Shown here in pieces: positions 26,124 to 38,411 of a DNA stretch of 64,000 nt. The stretch spans positions 25,360,001-25,424,000 of the forward strand of contig NC_087245.1 in NCBI RefSeq assembly GCF_037042905.1, in the 5' to 3' direction. The notes beneath the pieces are model-generated. The model was not told where the DNA came from, did not search any database, and saw only the letters and a list, made by a program, of their open reading frames with translations. The position numbers and the translations under genes were made by a program. The number at the start of each line of letters is the position of its first letter. Position 1 is the first letter of the stretch. The stretch comes from Lytechinus pictus. Its lineage: Eukaryota.

Positions 26124-27020
26124 TAAAAAAAAATGTTCATGCATGTCCCCTCTCGGGCTCCGTACTTATCTGCTTCTTCAAATGATACCTCATTCAAAGA
26201 AAACACCCAAGGAAGAACAAAAAAATGCAATCTTTTCCATGAAACTATTATTTTTAGTATTCAGATATGCCTACCGCTCGGCAAAAGACTTTTCGGTATA
26301 CATATCGTGATATTGTTTATGTATCAAAATAAAAAAAATTTAGATGAAAGAAAAAAGATCCAAGCTTCGTTTCTTTCTCGGACATGTTGGATGCGCTGTA
26401 TATCAATTGACCCATTTTTCTTGTTACGTGTTTCATCATGAATCCTTCCCGAACTCTTTTTTTTTAGGGTGTTGCAACCGCAGATGCAATGAATGATCTA
26501 CTTGTTGAGCTGTTAAAAGCTCTTAGGATGAGGCGGATAGGTGGAGATGAAATTAATAATACAGTGACAATCTTGTGATTTTCTTTCAAGATTCTTTCCA
26601 CGAATTTCGTATTATTCCCCTAACCAATACGTCACGTGTTGTCTCCCCTCAAGTAGACCAACTAACCTTACAAGAAAGCCTTCTTGTGGGGGTACACTGG
26701 CACACACACATGTATCACATACACCCTCATGCACACGCCCTTAAGTACACGCACATGCACACCCTCACACACAAACAATCACCCTAACACACACCGAACA
26801 CAACATCACGAACCGCACACCCTCGCACATGGAAATACATTCTCATCCACACACGCACACCCCCACACACGCATCACACATATACCCTCACGTTCAAAAT
26901 TTCACACTCCCGATGAAACATTCTCGCATTAATACACATCCATCCACCTCTCTTTACTCCACTGGCGTAGATGCATTACGTCGCAGTATTTAAGGGGGGT
27001 TGGAATGACAATATAAAAAA

Positions 27021-27256
27021 TAAATAATATAGGATTTGTATAGCGCACTATCCACCTTGCTAGGTGCTCAAGGCGCTCCTATATTACTCCGGCTAAGTTA
27101 GTCTACCGTTCCCAGTGCGCACAGCTTTTTTGAGGAATAACTTACTGCTGGTGCCCATTTACCTCGCCTGGGTTGAGTGCAGCACAATGTGGGTAAATTT
27201 CTTGCTGAAGGAAAACACACCATGGCTTGGAATCGAACCCAAGTCCTTCAGATTGA
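27021..27256 (-). mobile_element. tRNA-derived SINE (degenerate)
   Basis: Minus-strand B-box-like GGGTTCGATTCC near 27230, a core similar to the 54860-55168 copy (GGTGCCCATTT...CTGGGTTGAG), and an AT-rich tail. Confidence 0.65.
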
Positions 27257-27745
27257 AAATAACCCCTCCCCTCCCCGAGCAAAAGAGTCCGCTGCCAGAA
27301 TCTACGCCTGAGTGTGCTTGACTTACTTCTTCCATAACCACATTTTCTCACTTTCTCAGTTTCGTGTCATCTTATACCCTCCTTATCGTCGTATTTTTAT
27401 TTCCATCTTTATGTATATCATTATCATGTACAGTCAAACTTGGAGGATGGAGCTGAACAGTTAAAAATAACTACCGTCTATATAAACACACGGAAAACAT
27501 AACCGGTTTGAAACTGTGTAAACCGTTCAAACCCCAAACTTCTCGAAAATTCACTTTTCATATATTTCCTTCATGAAATGCCCCTCTTCAATTTGTAATT
27601 CCTTGAAAGCAGTTTTATTTAGTACATAAGGGTTGTGCGTTTTATTTCTAGGAAGGGATGATCTTTCTATTCCGTTCAATTTCACCCTCTTATGAGAAAA
27701 AAGCGAAACAACATGAATTATTTGATTTCCTTCATAACTTTTCAG

Positions 27746-27897
27746 GTAAATACATGCATTTTCGGAGGCGTTGATACAACGGGAAGCGCCCTCACATGGT
27801 TCTTTATGGACATTGCAAAGCATCCTGACCATCAGACACAGGTACAGGAAGAGATAGACAATGCTCTCCGTGATCATTCAGAGGATGGCACTGACTG
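27746..27897 (+). CDS. Cytochrome P450 exon 6 (I-helix)
   Basis: tttcag| acceptor and |gtaggt donor. VNTCIFGGVDTTGSALTWFFMDIAKHPDHQTQVQEEID. Confidence 0.92.
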
Positions 27898-28756
27898 GTA
27901 GGTCCTTGAGAGACATTATTACAATTAAAATAATACCTATTATATCAGAAATAGGTTAGATTCGCCATTCTTTCATCGAATACTTGTCTTCCATCTTACG
28001 TTTGCATTGATAAGATTGGGTAATAAATGGATATCTGAATAACTGATACTAGATCATTCGGGTAAATCATGATTAAAGCGAATTATGATTAAACTTATTT
28101 GATATCAGTTGATAAGACTCGGAGGAAATAATTTTCCCGTTTCCAATTATGATAGGAGTATTACGTGCCTGACCAAATAATATTAAACGTGACTTGTTCT
28201 ATGTTTTGTAATTATGGCTCGGTGACACATTGTAAAAGATGACAAAAGACAAGGTCATTTGAGATTATGATGAAAAATACGTGACTCTTTTTTATCTGAG
28301 GCTCGTTGTATTGAATGAAGTTCCTTGCATGGCTCACTGAAATTGATAATATATTGTCAATATCATTTGTTATTCGACATGTCAAAATGTTGTACATGTT
28401 ACAAGTAAACGTCGTTCTTCATGTTCTTGTTGCCCTTTTGCCCTAATGGCTGAGGGTACAATTTAGTTATGCCGTTTTCAGGATTGTGAAATTAAGCATT
28501 TGCTTCAGTATATTATTTTGTAGCCTTCAACAAGCATTTGCTTTTGAAAATATATATGCCTCTGTGACTTAAAACCCTGGAAAAAATTGTTTTCCTACAA
28601 GCAATAATCATTTGGGATTCAAGCAAAATGCTAAGAAAGATACTTTTTGTGCATTTGGCCGATTATCGAAAATGGTCGAAATTATGTTATTTAAAGAAAA
28701 GTTTTTTTCTTATCTTTGTAATCATACAAACAGCACTATACCTATCAAGATGCTAA

Positions 28757-29067
28757 GGTCCGTATGCTGAAGTCGGGTTTAACTTAAACTCAGGTTTAAA
28801 GTTGTGGTTTAAGTACGGAAAGCCAATTGTTACATAAATCACTAACAGTAGAGATATCATATTTCAGCTCATTTGGCTCTCAAATCATTCATAATTGTCT
28901 AGGAAGTATAAATAGATGATTGTCTTCACCATCGATGATTCGGGAAAGAGCTCAGCAAACATAAGAAACATACAACTTAATAAAAATTTTGACACTTTTG
29001 GCTTCCCATAGTTTTAGCACAGAGTTAGACCATGGTCTAAGTTAAACCTGACTTCAGAATACGGGCC
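28757..29067. mobile_element. MITE, PIF/Harbinger-like (copy 2 of the 3089 family), CYP intron 6
   Basis: Body nearly identical to 3089-3400, with the same terminal motif. Confidence 0.85.
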
Positions 29068-29458
29068 TAGGTAACCAAATTAATTCATGTATCATAGGTC
29101 CTACAATAATACAAGGTACAAACGAAATGCTTGTTTTATACGATGGCTGGATTGTAATGACAAGTGTGAATAGAAAATGGTACAGAATGAAGCAGGTTAA
29201 CGGTCTTCTGCAACTTTATTAACTGGCATGGACATAGCGTGGAGACGTATAGAGATTCTCAGGTTCACTGTATCGTTCGGGGGCCAAGTTTAGCCTCTCC
29301 CTCCGATCAGAGACGAATTTCTTTGGATATTATATCCAAAGAAATAATTGCCTTTCAGAAATAAAAACAAATCGAAAACGGGCAATCGTTTCATGCAAAT
29401 GAATTAGATAAAATATTTATAGATATGTCTTATTGTCATTATGCTTATGTCTTTCCAG

Positions 29459-29912
29459 TTATGATGAACACAAGCTCCCATACCTGATGCAGTGCGTCCG
29501 AGAGTCTCTACGTCTCCACGCCATGCTCATGCCAGCAAGGGCTCTGCTGGGACCACTCACCGTAGAGGGCGTCACAATTCCTCCGAAGACCGGCGTCATG
29601 ATAGATTTTTACCAACTACATCACAATCCCGACATATGGGGTGAAGATCACATGGAGTTCCACCCTGAGCGCTTCGACCAGGAGATATCCGCTAAGCGCG
29701 ACCCCCATGCCTTTCTTCCGTTTTCCATTGGTCCACACCAGTGTATCGGGCAGAAGATCGCAATGCAGGAGCTAAAGATAATTGCCATTCGAGTTCTGAG
29801 AAGATTCAGTCTCCGTCTTGTCAAGGAAGCTAAGACAAAGTTTCGGATTGTTGGTAAACCGGCTAGTGAAGTCGTATTAGCAATCAGACATAGAAAAGGT
29901 CCCGATATTTAG
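29459..29912 (+). CDS. Cytochrome P450 exon 7 (K-helix, PERF, heme-binding Cys, stop codon)
   Basis: ttccag| acceptor. Contains ESLR (ExxR), HHNPDIW, PERF and PFSIGPHQCIG. The seven exons total 1521 nt, or 506 aa plus stop, with no frameshift. Confidence 0.95.
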
Positions 29913-32900
29913 ATTTCATCTGGAGCCGTGGAACGAATTTGAAGGGGGGGGGGGGGGCTGAACATGAAAAAACAAAAAAGTGCGTACGTGTATGAATACA
30001 TGAACTCTGAATTAAGGTATATCCTCTTCTAATAATTTTTTTTTAGTTTGCCCCGACTAAAGTGAGTTGTTAAGTCTTTCAGTTTCCATACATGTTAAGT
30101 GATAAAGAAGATGCACGCGAAGATAAATTCATTTCAATTTTCAGTCAACGGCAGTAATCACTCTTAGCAGCGGATTCAGTGACATTGTAGTTGAGGAAAA
30201 TAGGAAGATTTTTTTTTTCATAGAAATTTGCTTAATATCTCAAATGGTTATCCACATGGTGTCTGTGAATCAGTTCTCGTTAAATTTCCAATACGTGACG
30301 ACGATTGAGAAGTTTTAATGTTAAACTCGGGAAGCTTTGATTATGTATTCTACACGATTTAAAACATTTTTTGCCACAATTGCGAATCAAACAAGTAAGA
30401 ATTTAATGAATCTTCACATAGCTTATTTGAAGAATACAATGCAAATCATTTGTTTCCATTGCAAAGACAGGTGCAATATGTTTAAGTGGGGTTTATATTA
30501 CTAACAGCAGGTTCAAATTAGGTGTCGTTTTCCTTATTTTGTAACGCGAGTATATAGGTTCCCCCTCTCCTAATTCCTATCGAGCGAAATGCGATGTCAG
30601 CAACTATCTTGATCTCTCTGCATCATTCTATACATGATTTAATCACCCGTAGGCCCCAATTTAGGTATTGTCAGGAATGGACAGAAGACGACACTCGGTT
30701 TCAAGTTCTTCATTTGAATAAATATTGTTGACCGCAATATATTCTGTTCAATAATTAGTGACATAATATTCGTTGCGAAATAGAATAACTTTCCCCAAAG
30801 TACACTATAGGCAATGACATGACGTACATTATGATCATTATCATTAAATCCCCGTAATATTGCATTTCCTCTTATATTCACTATTTTCCTCTCTATTCGC
30901 TTTAAGATGAAATATAAACCCAACGATGCAATATCAATTTTTAAACGTTTGTTGTTAGTAAAGTCCGTGGAATGTCTTTCGCGTTGGAAGGGGTCGATTT
31001 CTTTGAAATTTTGCGTTCGTTTGTTTTAATCAAGTTTAATCCCTCGAAAACGAGAACATTATTTCTCCCTGAGTCCCTCCCTGTCATAAGGGTGTCTGAA
31101 CAAATAAAAGCTCCTGGTCAAAATGTCTTCTCTGTCGACTAACAACTAAATAAAAACGGAGTATCCGCCCTTAATATCCAGAGAGATTGCTTGTTATTAC
31201 ACCTTCCTCGCCTTGTTTTGAGTTTTTCCCTCTACTTTTTTTTTCCACTCGTACAGTAAAAGCCGGAAGGGTTCGTGGCAAGAGCTAAGGTAAACCAGTT
31301 ACCTCACTTCTCTCCCCGCTCAAAATTATTCTTCAGAAGATCACTGCTTGTTATTTCAGTCATGTTTCACGATACGGCGAGACTGTACAATTTGCAGTCA
31401 CCTGTTTAGCCCATTCCATGCCAGTACTCGCTAATTGCAGCATAATCACCCAATAAAAACGCAATTCTGCCGAGCAAATTGTAGACCCTTCAACCTGGAT
31501 TTGATAGTGAAGCCATATTTGATTTTCCTCTCTTCTACATTAAACATTTTGCTTTTTTTCATGTGGCGACACCATTTTCTCCACATGTCATACTGCAATG
31601 GCGCCGCTATCGACGTGCGCCCCGCCTCGCATTTTCATTCAAAAATCAATTGTTATGAGCAAACAGACGATGTCGTACGGGCAAACGTCATACATTATTA
31701 AGATGCATTGTCAGAAACACCTGGATAGCATTTCAACTGATCACTGGCATACAACCAGGGGCCCTTTTCAATGATCAGGGGTCTTCTATGAGGGGGAAAA
31801 CAAATTATTTCGCATTTGTAACTTTCTAATTCATTTTTCGAAATGCTGTTTCCAACAAAAGAGTGTAAATGTATGCTGAACCGTTTCTCTGTCTACTTCA
31901 TGTCCTCAGGCATTGGCTTGTGCATTTAAATAACTTAATACTCTCATAGATGAGATGATACTGATAGTTCTTGAAAGATGGGCCATTATTCTGAGATATC
32001 GTTGAAAAGAATCAAATTACAAATTAATAAACAAATGTCAATAGATATGTAAATAAAAAAAATGAGTAAACATTAAAAATGAATAAATAAAATAGCTGAA
32101 TATATATGAACAAATGAATAAAAAGTTACCTCACTCCAATTCAGTGAAATTCTGTTCGATACCATTGCAAAGTATTACAGGTAAACTTATAGAAGACAGC
32201 GAGTACACACTAAAATCGAAGCATCTGTGCAAATTAAGTGATGATTTGTTACGATGGGTCTATGGCAATCATATTATATATGGCTTGGGGTATATACAGA
32301 TTTATTCGTTTAAGTATCAGCTGATGTGCAATTAGAATAAAACATAATAATAAAAAATGGCAGTATACATATTGATCGTCACGAACCCCTGGAACCGTTC
32401 GTGAAAATCCCCTTTCTCTGAACTTGAGGGAGATGGTGGGTTGTTCTCTTCGAAGTACTCAATGTAAGTGCCGTTTGAAAACCTGTTTTTTAAATAGGAC
32501 AACTCGTTTTTCCAATTTTAAATCGTTTGAAAGGTTCACAACTTTGATAGGCAGGACCTTAACAAAAAGTTCAAACAGACAAAGAGCAAACCGATTAAAA
32601 ACATGCTCTTAGGGTATTAAGACGCTTTCAGAAACAACATCGGCCAAAATAACCCTTAACAAATAGCCCTTTTGTCTTGATTTAAACTTCGTATACGGAA
32701 ACAGACATTTGCAGCAGGTTTGTATCGTCTATTTGATTCCACCACAATCATCAGTGACTGCAAGGATAGTAAAGAAGAATTGTTTTGATTTTTAAGTTAA
32801 AAAAAGATGGTGAAAGGTTGAACAAAATTGGACAACTATTGGGAAAAAATGTATTTTCAAAAGTTGTAAAAAGTTGCAATCACTCTCCCTCCGGGGATTT

Positions 32901-33685
32901 GAATTCGGATGTATAAATAACCGGATTCTGGTGAGGGGGAAAATGAATTATTGAATAATTGAATCATTTTATTATCAAGGTTGAATTATTTTTATACATT
33001 TATCTCGTTAGCACTTTTTATGATGAACATCTGTCTTAAGAATATTTCATCAATTAAAATATGTGTTGGTTTAATATTACAAAATATGTTTGTTTACACT
33101 GAATGAATACATGCTTAGAATTCTGGACTCTTGACTTTCAAAGTAGAACACACGATTGATCAGGAAACAAAATGGAAATAAATAAAATGGAAGCTGAAAG
33201 TCAGTTTGATCCGTGGTACCGTACATCTTTCCGGGTTTTTTTCTTAGCAATTATTAGCGAGTTTTCTCATAACTATGCAGAACAAATTTTAGAACACAGT
33301 AAATGTATTGAAAATGCCTGTCAAATGACAATTAACAGCTTGGAGGTCTTTGGCATTAATAATTTATGAGTCGGCACAACATTTCGTGCTTAGTTTTGAA
33401 CCTGGCGAAAAATTACAGATATGTCGTTTGTCCAAAGTCCAGGAAAAAAATTCTGTTTTGATTTACCAATTTTCGACAAAGATTTATTGGTTGCTCATTG
33501 TCATGAAGGTAATTTGACAATACATTTTCTATATTCGTAAACGCGTTCTGCGTGGCGGTGCGATAACTCGCTTCTGTTTTATTCTGCGAGCACAGACCCC
33601 GATTGGAAATAGTGTCAATTAAAGAATTGTAAGACGATTGCGCAGATTTCCATAAAACAATTTCTAGGACGTCCTATCAGCCCTG

Positions 33686-34183
33686 GACCCCGTCTTACAA
33701 AGATTATTTTACGATTGATCCGATCAACCTCAAGTGTATGGAAATCCATCAATATCATAATTTTTTCTTCAGGAACGTTGTACAATATCCTTTGTAAACA
33801 AAGAGAAGCACACTGGATTATCAAGTAAAATGTGAATATAATATATACATCATATCTAGAAATTATTCTAAATAAACATGTATTTAAGATGTTGACATTG
33901 TTCGCTTTCCATAGATGTGGTTGATTGGATCAATCGTAACTCTTAAGGGATGTTGCAAGAAAACATTTGCGATCAATTGCAAATATTCTGTTGCAATTTT
34001 ACAACTGATAGATCAACGTTAGCTGTAGCAAATCAGATTAAACTTCTTGTTTCAAGGAGCAAATTAGCAATCAATCACTAATTTGCAATAAACTGCAAGA
34101 CATTTAATTGATTTAGGGACCAAAAATTGACTTGCAATTGATCGCAAGTTTCTTGCAACACCCCATTAGTGTAAGACGGGGCA
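33686..34183. mobile_element. MITE containing a nested second MITE (33947-34164)
   Basis: Outer TIR CCCCGTCTTACA / TGTAAGACGGGG flanked by CTG. Inner TIR GGGATGTTGCAAGAAA / TTTCTTGCAACACCCC interrupts the outer right TIR. Confidence 0.7.
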
Positions 34184-36484
34184 CTGGTATGCATGCACGT
34201 AAAAATATGTCCCTATTTTGCTTTATACAGCGGAAGGTGTAATGGAGTGCTGAAGAGCGATTACTATTTATCTGAAGCTATTTATCTGAATAACAATAAA
34301 CACACAATGACAGGCAATTTTGTAAATAAACGACGTCTTTTTCAATTTATTTGTGGGGAATTCTAAGGAAATATGAATATACAGCATTTATGAAATGTAC
34401 AACCATTTACAATATTTGATCCTTCTTGGAATTTACTAGCAGCAGATTGCATGTGGTTTATTCTGCTACATGAATGCGATATAATTACACAATTATAGGC
34501 ATTGTTACATAAATCCAGATCGTTGTTTTTTTTACTTCTTCTTTTTTTTTTATTCTAGACTTACTAAAGAAAGGCCTGAAGAATAAAGCGAGTATACCTT
34601 GATGAAATTAATGGATGTAATCAAATGAACTAGAAATAACGTTCCATTATACATAATGAAATTTGCATTCTTATCATGATTACAGATTAATACGTTTGGA
34701 AAAGGAATACCCGTTTAGATTAATTCTAAAATTTACCGGGTGACAGGCGCTAATTCTGGGGGAAAAAGGGACCAATGCCGAATGAGTAGGGCTTGTTCAT
34801 TGAATGGTATTAAACATTTTCTTGTTTGGTTGGCTATCGACAATTACGACATTCATGCACTATAGTATTTAAAAATTATCTCGGATTATACATGTTGACC
34901 AACAATTATACATTACATAGTCATCTGATGCAAGCAACATCCATAAAGAAAATTCTTTTGTCAAATATACATTGAACTTTCCTTTAAAAGAACAGTATTG
35001 TAATTTACATATTTTGCATTTACTCCCACCCCAATCGGACATGCATCTTGAAATGGTACTCTCGAACTTTTTCCTCCAAAGAAATATGATATTGTATTTA
35101 TCTTCATAATACACTTTATCGCCATTGCCTACATTCATTCAGTAATATAGATCTGTATTTTGTAGGGGGCACCTCTTTATAAACATACTTAGTTTTATTT
35201 GAAATAAAAAAAAATGAATGTCAAACTTTTTAACGAATTTTCGAATATATATATATTTTTTATTTATTTATATCTTGAAGAGTCATTTAGATTGTTCTTA
35301 CCTATGCATGACTTGTTTTACTGATTCCTCACTTTTACACAAAAGTTAATTAGTGTATAAACACGTCAATTTATTAAAGATAGGAATATTAATTACTTTG
35401 GAGAACATACTTTCTGCATTATACAAAGCCCACCTTTAACAGTGGCAAGGCAAACACATCAAGACAAGGAATTTTGTTTTAACTCTCGGTGTTTCGGTAT
35501 CGTTTTCCTGATTCCTCGGCGTTTTGTAATAATTCTTACCTTACTATATTTCTAATAAAGGCCTATTAAAACAAGAAGTATATACATATATTGTTGCTTC
35601 ATCCAAAGATCGAAATGTTCAGTACTTATGCATGACTACAGCACACACCAAATCTTGAGTTATAATTTTTCTCCATTTCATATACATCTTTGCTCCAGTG
35701 CATCAATTCCTTTTCCAATCTGATAATTGACCAGAAATATCGTTTTTTTTTTTATTTGAACTGTTGTGATATAATTAAATCATACCAAATGTTATGATTT
35801 CCTTTTTGTTTGGTGCCTAACATCGAGATGAGATGAATATTATTGAAATGAAAATACATACTATTTCGCATTTTAGTTTTACTTTTAGTCCTTCTGAAAG
35901 ATGCATTCATACATATATCATACTGACAAACATTTTAGTTACAGATAATTATAGATTTACAATATACTTTGAAATCGATTTATACTAAATTAATTCTACT
36001 CCTACTAACATGATTGATAGGGACAATGTGTGGGCAGAAAGGAACAAAGGCTTTACTACGCAATATAATACAGTATTATATGAGTGATATAATCAGCAAA
36101 ATAGTTAAACATGACAATATTACAAATTGATAATGAAAAAAAAAAGAAATTCCAAGGAAAAAAAGGGCTAACGCTATCGATCTAATGACTGTGATTTCTT
36201 GGAACCTCTAATGCCGTAGTTGAAAAGAAAATTTTTATACATTATTTGTAGTAATAGATGACATTTGTACACTAAATGAGGGACGATTGTTCGTTTAACA
36301 GTATTTGAGAAATTATAAAGGTGAAGTACTTATGGACGTTAAGCTGCAGTATACAATGATCCTGCCACCTAGGGTAGTAAAAGTTACCCCAAACGAAAAT
36401 GAAAATACGAAAGATAAGTAATTACAATATCATTTAATTTCACAAGGCCTTTTTCTGTGCACTTTCTTATTCAACGAAATGTCA

Positions 36485-36787
36485 TCAATCTGTGTTCTCG
36501 AAGAGGTCAGCGAAGTCGGTAAACCTCTGCCTGGCAGGAAGTAGGTTGCCCTCTGACGGTGACCTCCTGCTAAAGATGGACCATCCGTAATCTGTCTTGT
36601 CCTTGGGTTTATCCGCTAATGACGCAAGGAGTCGCTGACGCGTTTCCGGCCTTGGTTTGAGCTCGAATGCCTCCTCCAGCGTCTGTCGTAGGTCATCGTA
36701 ACCCTCGCGACCAAGGGGTGTGGCCGTGACTACCAAGAGTAGTGTGCATGCGCAGTAGAGGAAGGCTACGACCACGTGTGACTTCAT
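36485..36787 (-). CDS. Secreted neuropeptide precursor, gastrin/cholecystokinin(sulfakinin)-like, 100 aa, single coding exon
   Basis: Splice acceptor ttttacatcag| at 36803, 16 nt before an AACAACATG start. Signal peptide MKSHVVVAFLYCACTLLLVVTA. Motif KTDYGWSIF-SRRS. GC-rich island in AT-rich flanks. Minus-strand AATAAA near 34346-34351. Confidence 0.75.
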   Translation of the reverse strand: MKSHVVVAFLYCACTLLLVVTATPLGREGYDDLRQTLEEAFELKPRPETRQRLLASLADKPKDKTDYGWSIFSRRSPSEGNLLPARQRFTDFADLFENTD

Positions 36788-38411
36788 GTTGTTGGTATAG
36801 TCCCTGATGTAAAAACACATACAAGTTAAAATGAGTGAGAACACCATTAGAACTTAACCTACTCCAAATTACAACATATACCGCATAAGGTCATGCGCAC
36901 AAGAGCATGCATTTAAAACTGACCAATGAAGTTGCATTGAACTGGAAATGACAACTTGAGGTAACATCGATCAGTGGATTAGTGGTCCGAGATGCAGTGA
37001 TACGCGTCCGGTGAGAACTAACCGAATACATTTGACATCAGATTGCGCTCCCCCTTTCGTGAGAGTAATGGCCGGGGGTATGACATAAATTTTAGCAATT
37101 GATTTTGGAATTGATTTCAAAATTTGATTACATTGATTATTGTGTATCATCAATCGTAAAATTCACGCATCATTCGCCGAGCTTTGAGTTGCAAAATGGT
37201 TTGCGTAAAGCAGGCCCATAAGTTTAAACATTTCATACGATAACTCACATTAGTACGTTTATCCTCCGTTTCAGAAACTACTATGACTTTCACGCACATT
37301 AACGCTAGCATGGGGTTCAACACATTTCCGTAATTATTTTCATTTTAATATCATGGTCCTATACGACTATGTGTCAGGACAATTTGTGCCATTATATCTA
37401 GATATTTTGCCAGATGTGATCATTCTATCAAATCAACATACATGACCTGTTGCTTATGAAGAGTTAGCTAATGAAAATCAATTAAATGAAACTTTGAACA
37501 TAATTTCTAGTAAAAATAAGGAAATGGGCCTTATATAAGAATAATAAAATTGGGCAAATATACCATAAACACAAACGCAAATATAGACATATCATAACAT
37601 TAGCGTTTTTAAAGATTTGTGCATTTTATTCCCCCAATGATATCTAAAGAAATACTTGTTTCTGCACGTGACAATTTTTTTGTTATTTAACTTTTACAGG
37701 GATTTCTTTTTACATAAGTAGCGAAATAAGTCATTTGAATAAAAAAAATGGCAATGGGTAAAATCGAAATGCATTTAACAGTAGACTGGCCGTTCGAAAA
37801 TTTACTTCATGTTGATAATAACAAAAATACAGAGCAGTTTTGAGATAATTTATTTTTAAAATTCAATTTACTAGGAATCGAAAATTAATCTAACCGCAGA
37901 AAAGACTAGAAATATCAAGCTGCGGAGAACAAAACGAAATATGAGATGAACTTGAGAAGAGTTTGTGGATATAAGATAAGCCATTGTGTTCTCACTTTTT
38001 ACCACAACCACTTAACATTAAATCCTTTGCCTAAGATCTGATGTTAAAAAAACGAGTAAAATTTGTGAGAGTCTAGTAGAGAGAGAGAGAGAGAGAAAGA
38101 GAGAAAGTATGTGGAGAGTAATGTAGAGAGAGAGAGAACAGAGAGAGTAGTTTTTCATCAGAAAATGAAAACAAGTAATGAGAACGAAAAAGCTGGATAC
38201 TTATGTTGGTAAAGGTAGGCCTGGGTGAGGGTGTGGGTGTATGTGTGTGCGTGTGCGGATGTGTGTGTAAGTTAGTAGATATGATTGTAGGTGTTCCTGT
38301 GAGTGCGCTCGTGTGCGTGCTCGTTGTTATGCTCGTGGGTGTACGCGTGGGTATGCTCGTGTGTGTATCGGGTTGGTATGATCGTGTGTGTGCGCGAGGG
38401 TGTGCTAGAGG

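Larger units (their letters stand above)
21626..26162. mobile_element. Foldback-type non-autonomous DNA element with about 1.25-1.3-kb modular TIRs, in CYP intron 5
   Basis: TA|CGGAGCCCGGGAGGGGACATGCATG ... CATGCATGTCCCCTCTCGGGCTCCG|TA. Arms span about 21626-22870 and 24841-26162. The 2-kb centre has no credible ORF. Confidence 0.9.

Noticed and set aside
26086..26310. ORF starting MVGTTYKWWERL
   Set aside because: Begins inside the 20-bp minisatellite and has no coding signature.
36788..36847. N-terminal 20 aa of the 120-aa ORF-track protein
   Set aside because: It spans a splice acceptor at 36803/36804. The ATG at 36787 has a strong context and begins the signal peptide.
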